Shown here: piece after piece, positions 55,931-64,000 of the stretch
Numbering within the stretch: position 1 is the stretch's first letter
Layout of the letters: each line of letters begins with the position of its first letter
From: Chthoniobacterales bacterium
GTDB taxonomy: Bacteria; Verrucomicrobiota; Verrucomicrobiia; Chthoniobacterales; SZAS-18
Assembly (NCBI GenBank): GCA_038226705.1
Contig: JBBRQH010000020.1
Location: 4,293-68,292 of the forward strand
Length of the DNA: 64,000 bases
Reading direction: 5' to 3'
Position numbers and translations under genes: made by a program
Notes under the pieces: generated by a model
Seen by the model: the letters and a program-made list of their open reading frames with translations, nothing else
Told to the model about the DNA's origin: nothing
Database searches by the model: none

Positions 55931-57655
55931 TTACGTGAATTTCAGCACTTCCTCAATGGTTGTATCCCCTTCGTAAATCGAACGCAATCCGTCCTCGCGC
56001 AGCGTCGCCATACCCAGCTCAACCGCCTTCTCCTTCAGCACCACGGAGGGCGCCCGCCGGTTGATCAATTCGCGGAGCGGATCGCTGATGTCCATCAACT
56101 CGTAGATACCCTTGCGCCCGCGGTAACCCGTCTGGTTGCAGGCCGGACAACCCTTGCCGTAATGGAAGCGCTTATCGCCAATTTGCGTGGGGGTCAATCC
56201 GATGGAGCGCAACACCGCCTCGCTGGGGCGATATTCGGTGCGGCAATCCTGACAGATGCGCCGGATCAGGCGCTGCCCCAGCACCGCCTCGAGCGTGGCG
56301 CTGATGAGGAACGGCTCGACCCCCATGTCGATGAGGCGCGTCACCGCTCCGGGCGCATCGTTCGTATGCAGGGTGGTGAAAACCAGATGGCCGGTGAGCG
56401 AAGCCTGAATCGCGATCTGCGCGGTCTCGAGATCGCGCGTCTCGCCGATCATGATGCGGTCGGGATCCTGGCGCAGGAAGGCGCGCAGAACGCGCGCGAA
56501 ACTCAGTCCGATGCCGTCATTGACCGGTACTTGCACGATCCCCTCGAGATCGTATTCCACCGGATCCTCGGCCGTGACGAGCTTCGAGTCGATCGTGTTG
56601 ATCTTCCGTAAACAGGAATAAAGCGTCGTCGTCTTGCCGCTGCCCGTCGGACCCGTGACGATGAAGATGCCATTCGGCTTCTCGATCGTGGCCAGAATAT
56701 AGTCGTAGACGTACTTTGGCAGGCCGAGGCTTTCGAGTTCCAGGCTCACCACGGAGCGGTCGAGGACGCGCAGCACCAGGCTCTCACCGAACTGGGTGGG
56801 CAAAGTAGAGACGCGGAGGTCGACCACGCGCTCGGCGATCTTGCGCTGAATTCTGCCATCCTGCGGCAGGCGGCGCTCGGCGATATTCAGTCCGGCCATG
56901 ACCTTGACCCGGCTCGTGACCGCCGCGGCGAGGTGGCGGGGCGGCGGCGTGATTTCGTAGAGTGCCCCATCGACGCGGTAGCGGATTTTGAACTCGCGCT
57001 CAAAGGGTTCGAAATGGACGTCACTCGCACGGTCGCGAATGGCCTGGCAAAGAATCAGGTCGACGAACCGGATGATGGGTGCCGAGTCGGCCTCCGCTTC
57101 CGCGTTCCCCGGATCGCCCACCGCACTGCCAAAGGTCAGTTCCCCGGCCGAACCGAGTTGTTTGAGGACGTCCTCAAGGTTGGCGGTGTCGGCCCCGTAG
57201 TAGCGGCGGATGCGATCCTCGACCTGATGCGCCGGACAGACAACGAGATGAATCTCCCGATCGAGCGCGAAGCGCAAGTCTTCGAGCGCGTGGGTATCGA
57301 GCGGGTCGAGCAGCGTGAGCGAAATGGCGCCTTCCTGTTCGGCAATGGGGAGTGCGCCGTGCAAGCGCGCCATGCCGCCGGGAACGAGCCGCTGCACCTC
57401 GGGGGGCACCTCGTATTCCCTGAGATCGAAAAATTCCGCACCGATGGCTTCCGCGATCGTCTCGTAAAATTGCGTCTCGGTGACAATGCCGAAGTCAATC
57501 ATGGCCTGCATGAGGCTTTTCCCGTTGTTCGTCCCCTCGGCCCGCAAGTCCTCTTCCTGCGCCCGAACGACCACGCCACGCTCTTCGAAGAGGTCAAAGA
57601 TCTGCTGCTCGCGCGTCATGACTACGGGCGGGGAATGGAGCCCACGAAACGTCAT
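55931..57655 (-). CDS. Type II secretion / type IV pilus assembly ATPase (GspE/PilB family)
   Basis: N-terminal T2SSE_N domain, Walker A GPTGSGKTT, Asp/His boxes, and the tetracysteine CQDC...CPAC. The start is either 57655 (ATGA overlap with the upstream gene) or 57619. Confidence 0.92.
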   Translation of the reverse strand: MTFRGLHSPPVVMTREQQIFDLFEERGVVVRAQEEDLRAEGTNNGKSLMQAMIDFGIVTETQFYETIAEAIGAEFFDLREYEVPPEVQRLVPGGMARLHGALPIAEQEGAISLTLLDPLDTHALEDLRFALDREIHLVVCPAHQVEDRIRRYYGADTANLEDVLKQLGSAGELTFGSAVGDPGNAEAEADSAPIIRFVDLILCQAIRDRASDVHFEPFEREFKIRYRVDGALYEITPPPRHLAAAVTSRVKVMAGLNIAERRLPQDGRIQRKIAERVVDLRVSTLPTQFGESLVLRVLDRSVVSLELESLGLPKYVYDYILATIEKPNGIFIVTGPTGSGKTTTLYSCLRKINTIDSKLVTAEDPVEYDLEGIVQVPVNDGIGLSFARVLRAFLRQDPDRIMIGETRDLETAQIAIQASLTGHLVFTTLHTNDAPGAVTRLIDMGVEPFLISATLEAVLGQRLIRRICQDCRTEYRPSEAVLRSIGLTPTQIGDKRFHYGKGCPACNQTGYRGRKGIYELMDISDPLRELINRRAPSVVLKEKAVELGMATLREDGLRSIYEGDTTIEEVLKFT

Positions 57656-58656
57656 TCCTCGCGGGTGAAGCTCTCGAGCAGCTCCTTCGGCGTGAGGGTG
57701 GCGGTGCCGAGTTTGCCCACCACGACTCCGGCCGCGTGATTCGCCATCTCGGCGGCTTCCTCGGCGGAGGCCCCGGCGGCGAGGCAGAGGGTGAAGAGGG
57801 CGATCACCGTATCGCCCGCACCCGAGACATCGAAAACCTCGCGCGCACGGGTCGGCAACGAGAAAGGAGCATGATCGCGTTGAAAGAGCATCATCCCCTG
57901 CTCGCCGAGAGTCACGAGCAGCACGGGCGTGTTCCATTTCTTCAAAAGCGCCGCGCCCACCGCAAGCAAAGCGCGATCGGCCGTGGCCGGATCCACGGGT
58001 TCGCTCGGCGGAGCCCCCGCGGCGGCGAACGCCTCGATCCGATTCGGCTTGATGGCCGAAGCGCCGGGCCAGCGGAGGGGATTGTTCGGATTCGGATCCA
58101 CCGTCACGAGCTTGCCGCACGCGTGCGCCAGCGCCCCCACTTGCTCGACGAACGGCTGGGTCAAAAACCCCTTCGCGTAGTCCTCGAGGATGATGGCATC
58201 GAACTCGGCCACGTGTTCCGCGAGCCAGGCTAGAGCTTGCGCGTGGCTGGCCTTGGAAGGCGCGCCGCGGCGTTCGCGATCGACCCGGACGACATGTTGC
58301 TGCCGCGCGATAATGCGTGTCTTTACGATGGTTTGGTACGCGGGATCCGTTACAACCCCATCCAAACCGATGCACTGCTCGCCGAGCAGTCCGCGGAGAC
58401 GAGTGGCGTGCTCGCACGGTCCCACCACTCCCATCAGCGCCACTTGCGCCGTAAAGCCACGAAGATTTCGCGCCACGTTCGCGGCGCCGCCGGGGTAGGA
58501 AAGTTCCCGGGTGACTTCGACCACCGGCACGGGAGCCTCGGGTGAAATACGCGCGACCTTGCCGTAGATGAACTGGTCGAGCATCAGGTCGCCCACGACG
58601 AGAATGCGCTTGCCTCCGAGTGCACCAAGGAGTTCGCGGGCACGGGAGGAATGCAC
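57652..58656 (-). CDS. D-glycero-beta-D-manno-heptose-7-phosphate kinase (RfaE domain I / PfkB family)
   Basis: ILVVGDLMLDQFIYGKVARISPEAPVPVV and DVSGAGDTVIA. The ORF extends to 58764, but that would overlap the divergent gene, so GTG 58656 is preferred. Confidence 0.8.
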   Translation of the reverse strand: MHSSRARELLGALGGKRILVVGDLMLDQFIYGKVARISPEAPVPVVEVTRELSYPGGAANVARNLRGFTAQVALMGVVGPCEHATRLRGLLGEQCIGLDGVVTDPAYQTIVKTRIIARQQHVVRVDRERRGAPSKASHAQALAWLAEHVAEFDAIILEDYAKGFLTQPFVEQVGALAHACGKLVTVDPNPNNPLRWPGASAIKPNRIEAFAAAGAPPSEPVDPATADRALLAVGAALLKKWNTPVLLVTLGEQGMMLFQRDHAPFSLPTRAREVFDVSGAGDTVIALFTLCLAAGASAEEAAEMANHAAGVVVGKLGTATLTPKELLESFTREE

Positions 58657-58747
58657 GCGTCTTCGTCGCCGAGAGGCAGAGCACTTGTCAAGGCAAGTGG
58701 TCTCCGCCGACCGATTCAGCCGTTGCAGGGCTGCCGGCTGCCGAGCT

Positions 58748-59494
58748 ATGGAGAGCCTCCGCATGAAACTTCGTGACGAATGCTATGCGCTGCTGAGCGG
58801 CGACGGGATTGAGATCGGCGCTCAGCACGAGCCTGCCCCGCTCCCGGAGACGTGCCGCGTGCGTTATGTCGATGCGATTTCGCGTGAGCAAGCCATCTCG
58901 CTCTTCCCGGAGATCGATCATGCGCGGCTCGTCACGACCGATGTCATTTGCAATCTGGATCGCGATCCCCTGCCGTTCCGCGACGAGACGTTCGACTTCG
59001 TCGTGCTCAGCCACGTGATCGAGCACGTGGCCAATCCCGTGCGTGTCATCGGCGAGATCTTCCGCGTCCTGCGAAACGGGGGACGGGCTCTCATCGCCGC
59101 CCCGGACAAGCGCTTCACCTTTGATCGCACCCGGGCAATCACTCCCCTCGAGTCACTATTGGCGGATTTCCGCCAGCGTCGCAAGGAGGTGCCAGACGAA
59201 CGCTACGTCGATTTCCTGCGTGGCGCAGGTGCGCATGTGTTCGAGGAGGTCCCGCTCCGAATCGAACATCATGTGGAGCGGGCCCGTTCGCGGCGGGAAC
59301 ATTGCAGCGTCTGGGATAGTCAGGCCTTCCGCGCCTTCCTCCAAGGCGCGCTACAGGCCACCGGAAGATCCGCCAAGGTGCTGCGCGAGCACTTCGGGGA
59401 AGAGACCCAGCTCGAATATTGCGGCGTCTGGGAAAGGACTCCGTCGTCTTTCTGGTCGAAACTTGGGGGCAGGTTTCGCCGCGACTTCGCGTAG
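58748..59494 (+). CDS. Class I SAM-dependent methyltransferase
   Basis: FDFVVLSHVIEHVANPVRVIGEIFRVLRNGGRALIAAPD. Alternative start at 58763. Confidence 0.75.
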   Translation: MESLRMKLRDECYALLSGDGIEIGAQHEPAPLPETCRVRYVDAISREQAISLFPEIDHARLVTTDVICNLDRDPLPFRDETFDFVVLSHVIEHVANPVRVIGEIFRVLRNGGRALIAAPDKRFTFDRTRAITPLESLLADFRQRRKEVPDERYVDFLRGAGAHVFEEVPLRIEHHVERARSRREHCSVWDSQAFRAFLQGALQATGRSAKVLREHFGEETQLEYCGVWERTPSSFWSKLGGRFRRDFA

Positions 59495-59540
59495 CCCCAA
59501 TTGTCCCGGACGACTCGGTGGACTTCGGACTTCGCGTCGC

Positions 59541-60425
59541 TCAGAGGAGCGAAATCAGGCTCGACGTATCGTGGCGTCCGCCGCCGCGTTTTTGGATTTC
59601 GGCGTAGAACTCGTCCACGATGGTGGCGACTGGGATCTTTGCTCCCAGCCGAACTGCCTCGGTCTTTACGATGGCGAGGTCCTTGCGCATCCAGTCGACC
59701 GCGAAACCGAAGTCAAACTTCCGTTGCAGCATCGTCCGCCCGCGGTTTTCCATTTGCCACGACCCGGCCGCTCCCTTCGTGATGACGTCCAGAACGCGGT
59801 TACCATCGAGGCCCGCCTTCTCCGCAAAGGCGAGTCCTTCCGAGATTCCTTCCACCAGTCCGGCGATGCAGATCTGGTTCACCATCTTCGTGAGTTGCCC
59901 TGCGCCGGCCGCGCCCATGTACGTCACGGCCTTCGCGTAGCAGTTAACGACGGGTTGAGCCCGGGCGAAGATGTCCTCATCGCCCCCCACCATGACCGTG
60001 AGTTGCCCATTCACGGCGCCCGCCTGACCGCCTGAGACGGGGGCATCGAGGAAACCCACGCTGAGTGTTTTCGCTTCAGCGTAGAGCTTGCGCGCGATAT
60101 CCGCGGAGGCCGTCGTGTTGTCGATGAGTACCGTGCCAGGGCGCATGGCTGGCAACGCTCCCTGCGCACCCATCGCGACTTGCCAGAGATCGTCGTCGTT
60201 TCCCACGCACATGAAAACATAGTCGGCGTCCCGCGCCGCAGCTGCCGGGGTCGGCGCTGTGGCACCTCCGTATTTCTGGGCCCATTCCGCCGCCTTCACC
60301 GGAGTGCGATTGAAGACGGTCACGGAATACCCCTTGGCCGCGAGGTGGCCAGCCATCGGGAAGCCCATGACCCCAAGGCCAAGGAACGAAACGCGGACGG
60401 ACGAGAGGGAAGAATCAATGCTCAT
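59541..60425 (-). CDS. NAD(P)-dependent 3-hydroxyisobutyrate-dehydrogenase-family oxidoreductase
   Basis: VSFLGLGVMGFPMAGHLAAKGYSVTVFNRT, DAPVSGG, and a C-terminal helical domain. Confidence 0.88.
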   Translation of the reverse strand: MSIDSSLSSVRVSFLGLGVMGFPMAGHLAAKGYSVTVFNRTPVKAAEWAQKYGGATAPTPAAAARDADYVFMCVGNDDDLWQVAMGAQGALPAMRPGTVLIDNTTASADIARKLYAEAKTLSVGFLDAPVSGGQAGAVNGQLTVMVGGDEDIFARAQPVVNCYAKAVTYMGAAGAGQLTKMVNQICIAGLVEGISEGLAFAEKAGLDGNRVLDVITKGAAGSWQMENRGRTMLQRKFDFGFAVDWMRKDLAIVKTEAVRLGAKIPVATIVDEFYAEIQKRGGGRHDTSSLISLL

Positions 60426-60536
60426 TAGTTAAAATGTGGACGGCCTCAGGCGTACGGCAACGCAAATTGACACTGCAGCCCGTGGTGATACCAGCGTTGA
60501 CAGCCACTAGCCGTTGTGCTGACTAGCGATTAACCG

Positions 60537-61025
60537 ATGCGTTGCCCAAAGTGCGGAAGCTCCGAAGACAAAGTGATTGATTCCCGGCCGGTCAATCACT
60601 ACGTGGGAATTCGTCGTCGCCGCGTCTGCTTAAAGTGCGGCTTTCGCTTTACGACTTACGAGGAAATTGAGCGGGTCGACACCCGGGTCGTGAAGCGCGA
60701 CGGAAAACACGAACCCTTCGATCGGAACAAGCTTCTGGGTGGAATGGTCGCCGCCTGCCAGAAGCGTCCGGTGAAAATCGAGGACATCGAGAAAGCCGCC
60801 GACGACATCATCCAGGAACTGGAAGCCGCGCACGACCGCGAAATCCCCTCCCGACTCCTCGGCGTCAAAGCCATGGAGAAACTGCACAAGCTCGATGCAG
60901 TCGCGTACGTCCGCTACGCTTCGGTTTACCGCCGCTTCGAGGAGGTCGGCGAATTTATCGACGAGATCAAGCAGCTCACGCAGCGGCCGAAGAAGAACAA
61001 CGCTCAGGCCGAGCTCTTTTCTTAG
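60537..61025 (+). CDS. nrdR: Transcriptional repressor NrdR
   Basis: MRCPKCGSSEDKVIDSR...RRRVCLKCGFRFTTYE zinc ribbon plus an ATP-cone. Confidence 0.95.
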   Translation: MRCPKCGSSEDKVIDSRPVNHYVGIRRRRVCLKCGFRFTTYEEIERVDTRVVKRDGKHEPFDRNKLLGGMVAACQKRPVKIEDIEKAADDIIQELEAAHDREIPSRLLGVKAMEKLHKLDAVAYVRYASVYRRFEEVGEFIDEIKQLTQRPKKNNAQAELFS

Positions 61026-61039
61026 CGTCGGGTCGAAGG

Positions 61040-61387
61040 ATGCCCGCCATGACGCTCTTCGAGAAAATCGCCGCCCGGCAGATTCCCGCCGAAATCGTTC
61101 ATGAAGAGGATGATCTCATCGCATTCCACGACGTCGCGCCCAAGGCACCGGTGCATGTGCTCATCGTGCCAAAGCGTTGCATTCCGCGCCTGGGCGAGGC
61201 GCAAACGGCAGACGCCACGCTCCTCGGCCGCATGCTTCTCGCCGCCCAGACGATTGCCAAGAAACTCGGCATGGCGGAGTCCGGGTATCGGGTGGTGATC
61301 AACAATGGCCGCGATGCGGGCGAAACCGTCCCGCACCTGCACGTACATCTTCTCGCCGGCCGCGAGTTGACCTGGCCACCGGGCTAG
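61040..61387 (+). CDS. HIT-family (histidine triad) protein
   Basis: LIAFHDVAPKAPVHVLIVPK and the HLHVHLL triad. Confidence 0.92.
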   Translation: MPAMTLFEKIAARQIPAEIVHEEDDLIAFHDVAPKAPVHVLIVPKRCIPRLGEAQTADATLLGRMLLAAQTIAKKLGMAESGYRVVINNGRDAGETVPHLHVHLLAGRELTWPPG

Positions 61388-61402
61388 CGCGAGGATCGCG
61401 CC

Positions 61403-61954
61403 ATGATCGAAGCACTCTTTATTTTTGGGCTTCTCGGTTTGCTCGTCGGGGCGACGGCAGAATGGATGCTTGCCCATCCCGCCTTCGCGACGTTCATGGC
61501 GGGCTTTGTTTTCATTCCGTTTTTCACCTGGCAGCAATTCCTCGCGCTCGCAGTCCGCGTCGATCTGCCGCCGCTGGCCGTCCGCGCGCGCCGGGCGCCT
61601 ACTCCGCCTGAGGAATTCTACTGGCCCCTCCGCCGCACGGCGCTCTTTCGAGATTTTGTGCTTTGCGCCCCGTTGCTGGTTTTTGGCTGGATCGCGGCCG
61701 CGATGTATCCCGCCCAATTGGAACTGACGACACCATCCGCAGCTGGCTGGGCACTGGGAGCAGTCGCCATTTTTGCGTCCGCGCACTTTCTCGCGGCGGC
61801 GTCAGTCTATTGCAAGGCAAGCCAATGGCATGATCCGATGCGCCCTGCCCCCGCGGGCTGGTACCGCAAATTGATGTTCTGGCTTTCGGAGGACGCCGCC
61901 TTCCTGGGCCGCCTGCGCCGCGAGGGAGCGGCGCGCGAGAAGGCGATCTACTGA
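61403..61954 (+). CDS. Integral membrane hypothetical protein
   Basis: Four hydrophobic segments and coherent composition. Confidence 0.55.
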   Translation: MIEALFIFGLLGLLVGATAEWMLAHPAFATFMAGFVFIPFFTWQQFLALAVRVDLPPLAVRARRAPTPPEEFYWPLRRTALFRDFVLCAPLLVFGWIAAAMYPAQLELTTPSAAGWALGAVAIFASAHFLAAASVYCKASQWHDPMRPAPAGWYRKLMFWLSEDAAFLGRLRREGAAREKAIY

Positions 61955-61959
61955 CTCAA

Positions 61960-63003
61960 TTACGGGAACAATCCGCGCACGATGTCCCGGGCGGTCGCGG
62001 GCCCGCCGTAAACAAATCCCGTGTAGAGCTGGACGAGTGATGCCCCCGCCTCGAGCTTTTCCCTGGCGCTGGCGACGTCATCGACCCCGCCGACGGCAAT
62101 GATGGGCAGTTTCCATCTCTTCGTCATGAAGCGCACCGCCGCAGTCGCACGGTCGCGCAGAGGCCGGCCGCTGACACCCCCCTGCATTTTCTGACGCAGC
62201 ATTTCGGGGAGCCCGGTGAAGTCGGTCGTGGTGTTTGTGCAGACGAGGCCGGCGATCCCCAGCTCCCCCGCGATTTCCGCCACGTCGGCCATTTGCCATT
62301 CGGTGAGATCGGGCGCGATCTTGACCAGGATGGGCTTGGGACGGCTCAGTACGCGATTGGCCGACTGCAGCGCTGCGAGGATACGGGAGAGTGCGTCGCG
62401 ATCCTGCAATTCGCGCAGTCCCGGCGTATTGGGTGACGAAACATTCACGACCACGTAATCCGCATACGGATGCAATCGCTTGAACGACTCGAGGTAGTCC
62501 TGTTCGGCCGTGGAAAGCGAAGCCGCCTTGGATTTTCCGAGATTAATGCCCACCGGAATACCGGGCCACTTGGAATCCGCGCGGAGGCGGCCAAATCGTT
62601 TCGCCGCCGCTTCCGCGCCTTCGTTGTTGAAGCCCATCCGGTTGATGAGCGAATGCTGTTCGGGCTGGCGGAAGAGGCGCGGACGCTCATTCCCTGACTG
62701 CGCCTGCGCCGTAATCGTTCCCACTTCAATGAAACCGAAGCCCAAGGCGTCCCACGCGCGCAGCGCGACCCCGTTCTTGTCCATCCCTGCAGCCAGCCCG
62801 ATGGGGTTGGGAAAGCGCAGCCCGAAGACCTCCCTCGCCGAGGCCGGCGAATCCGCCCGTCCGACCGTCGTGCGGAGGAGCGAAAGAAGTGCGCCCCCGT
62901 CCGACGCCCGCTCCAGCCAGCGCAGGGCGAATTCATGCGCTTCCTCCGCATCTTTGCGGAAGAGCCACGGTCGCAGAACAGCGTTGTAGAGCGATTTGGT
63001 CAT
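61960..63003 (-). CDS. pyrD: Dihydroorotate dehydrogenase (quinone), class 2
   Basis: MTKSLYNAVLRPWLFRKDAEEAH..., FPNPIGLAAGMDKNG, GFGFIEVGTIT, NVSSPNTPGLR. Start taken at the internal ATG 63003. Confidence 0.92.
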   Translation of the reverse strand: MTKSLYNAVLRPWLFRKDAEEAHEFALRWLERASDGGALLSLLRTTVGRADSPASAREVFGLRFPNPIGLAAGMDKNGVALRAWDALGFGFIEVGTITAQAQSGNERPRLFRQPEQHSLINRMGFNNEGAEAAAKRFGRLRADSKWPGIPVGINLGKSKAASLSTAEQDYLESFKRLHPYADYVVVNVSSPNTPGLRELQDRDALSRILAALQSANRVLSRPKPILVKIAPDLTEWQMADVAEIAGELGIAGLVCTNTTTDFTGLPEMLRQKMQGGVSGRPLRDRATAAVRFMTKRWKLPIIAVGGVDDVASAREKLEAGASLVQLYTGFVYGGPATARDIVRGLFP

Positions 63004-63100
63004 GCTGCGGGCAAAGACGTAGCACGGGTTCGCGCTGCTCACGTGCGAATTCTTTCCGCAATGTATTTGCATTACCGATGTGCAAATGTATTGCGACAAG

Positions 63101-64000
63101 ATGCGACAATGCATCCGATTTGTCCCCTTTTTGGCGATCGTTTTCGCGAACCAGGCGGTGGCGCAGGAAAGCCCAACCCTTGCTCCCGACCGGGTGATTG
63201 TGACGGGCTCACCGATCCCCAGCACAATTTTCGACTCGGCCCGGCCTGTCACGGTCCTGGAACAGCCCGAGTTGCAGCGCAAACTTCAAGCCACGCTGGG
63301 TGAAACCCTGGCAAACGAGCCCGGGGTGACTGGAACGCAATACGGGGCGGGGGCCAGTCGGCCCGTGATTCGCGGACTCGACGCCAATCGCGTGCGCGTC
63401 CTGGCCGACGGCTTGGGGGTCTTCGACGTCTCGAACACCAGCCCTGATCACGCGGTGAGTATTGAGCCCCTCGGCGCGGGAAGAATCGAAATTGTGCGGG
63501 GTCCAGCCGCGCTCCTCTACGGGACAAACGCCGTCGGCGGTTTGGTGAATGTCACGAGTAATCGCATCCCAAATGCACCCATTGGGACCCCCCTAAGCGG
63601 CGCGGTCGACTTCTCATTCGGTTCAGCCGGGAATGCCCGCAGCGGAGCGGCGCTGCTCGAGGGAGGCCTGCGCGGCTTCAATTACCATCTCGATGCCTCG
63701 TATCGCGAGGCAGACGACTACGACATTCCGGGTTTCAAGCGAAGCGCGGCGCTGCGGGCCGCGAGTCCCCTGCCGGACGGCGAGTCGGAGATCCGCGGGA
63801 CGCTTCCCGATAGCGGTTATTCGACGAAGCAAATCGCCGGAGGTGGCTCGTACACGTGGTCGGCGGGGTATTTCGGCGTGGGAATCAGCGCCTATCACAC
63901 GCTTTATGGGGTCCCGGGCTTTGAAGAGGGTGTGAAGATCAAGCTGAACCAGCGTCGATTCGATCTAAGCGGTCGCTTCGACCATCCCCTGCCGTTCCTC
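63101..64000 (+). CDS. TonB-dependent receptor, N-terminal part (signal peptide + plug); the 3' end runs off the window
   Basis: Not in the ORF track because there is no stop. My translation gives MRQCIRFVPFLAIVFANQAVAQE...VIVTGSPIPS...PVIRGLDANRVRVLADG...IEIVRGPAALLYGTNAVGGLVNV. Confidence 0.85.
   Translation, partial: MRQCIRFVPFLAIVFANQAVAQESPTLAPDRVIVTGSPIPSTIFDSARPVTVLEQPELQRKLQATLGETLANEPGVTGTQYGAGASRPVIRGLDANRVRVLADGLGVFDVSNTSPDHAVSIEPLGAGRIEIVRGPAALLYGTNAVGGLVNVTSNRIPNAPIGTPLSGAVDFSFGSAGNARSGAALLEGGLRGFNYHLDASYREADDYDIPGFKRSAALRAASPLPDGESEIRGTLPDSGYSTKQIAGGGSYTWSAGYFGVGISAYHTLYGVPGFEEGVKIKLNQRRFDLSGRFDHPLPFL

Noticed and set aside
55370-56611. 413-aa plus-strand ORF
   Set aside because: It is antisense to the GspF and GspE genes, so it is a shadow ORF.
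57656-58684. Upper part of the 917-aa minus ORF 55931..58684
   Set aside because: It is out of frame over the heptose kinase gene and Arg/Gly-rich. The ATPase homology begins only at about 57655.
60426-60536. TTGACA-like hexamers upstream of nrdR as promoter or NrdR boxes
   Set aside because: No acceptable -10 lies at proper spacing and there is no NrdR-box-like palindrome, so the evidence is too weak to call.

Overview
GC-rich chromosomal segment of a Verrucomicrobiota bacterium. The phylum call rests on the 16S gene, which carries ACGGGTGGCAGCAGTCGAGAATTTTTC in place of the usual ACGGGAGGCAGCAG. Most of the window is tightly packed housekeeping genes, often translationally coupled by ATGA/GTGA overlaps: ispE, pyrF, ftsQ-like, ispG, pntAA/pntAB/pntB, tsaC, aroK, queG, dnaE, nrdR, pyrD, a carotenoid desaturase pair, an ExeM/NucH-type extracellular nuclease, a secretion/pilus ATPase-platform-pseudopilin cluster and a vapBC pair. 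Two partial genes run off the window and are missing from the ORF track: a cNMP-binding/C39-peptidase ABC exporter (1..1081, minus) and a TonB-dependent receptor (63101..64000, plus). RNA genes are one 16S rRNA (about 8177..9714, minus) and tRNA-Ala(UGC) (7609..7681, minus); there is no 23S, 5S or tRNA-Ile. No CRISPR array, transposase, integrase or prophage genes were seen. The observations most worth follow-up are these. (1) A roughly 450-bp array of 22 tandem 21-bp units at 23806..24254; each unit carries the dyad AAGAGC-N4-GCTCTT, and the units are organised into an exact 104-bp higher-order repeat. It lies next to an orphan minus-strand terminator. (2) A perfect Verrucomicrobia-type LexA box (TGTTC-N4-GAACA) at 2410..2423, in the divergent spacer between a peptide-export/maturation operon and a small coiled-coil + C4 zinc-finger gene. 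This spacer opens a roughly 5-kb islet of small zinc-ribbon, secreted and protease genes. (3) A 16S gene unlinked from 23S and followed by its own intrinsic terminator. (4) A roughly 215-bp imperfect palindromic, MITE-like element upstream of dnaE. All functional calls come from reading translations and motifs by eye; no database search was possible.
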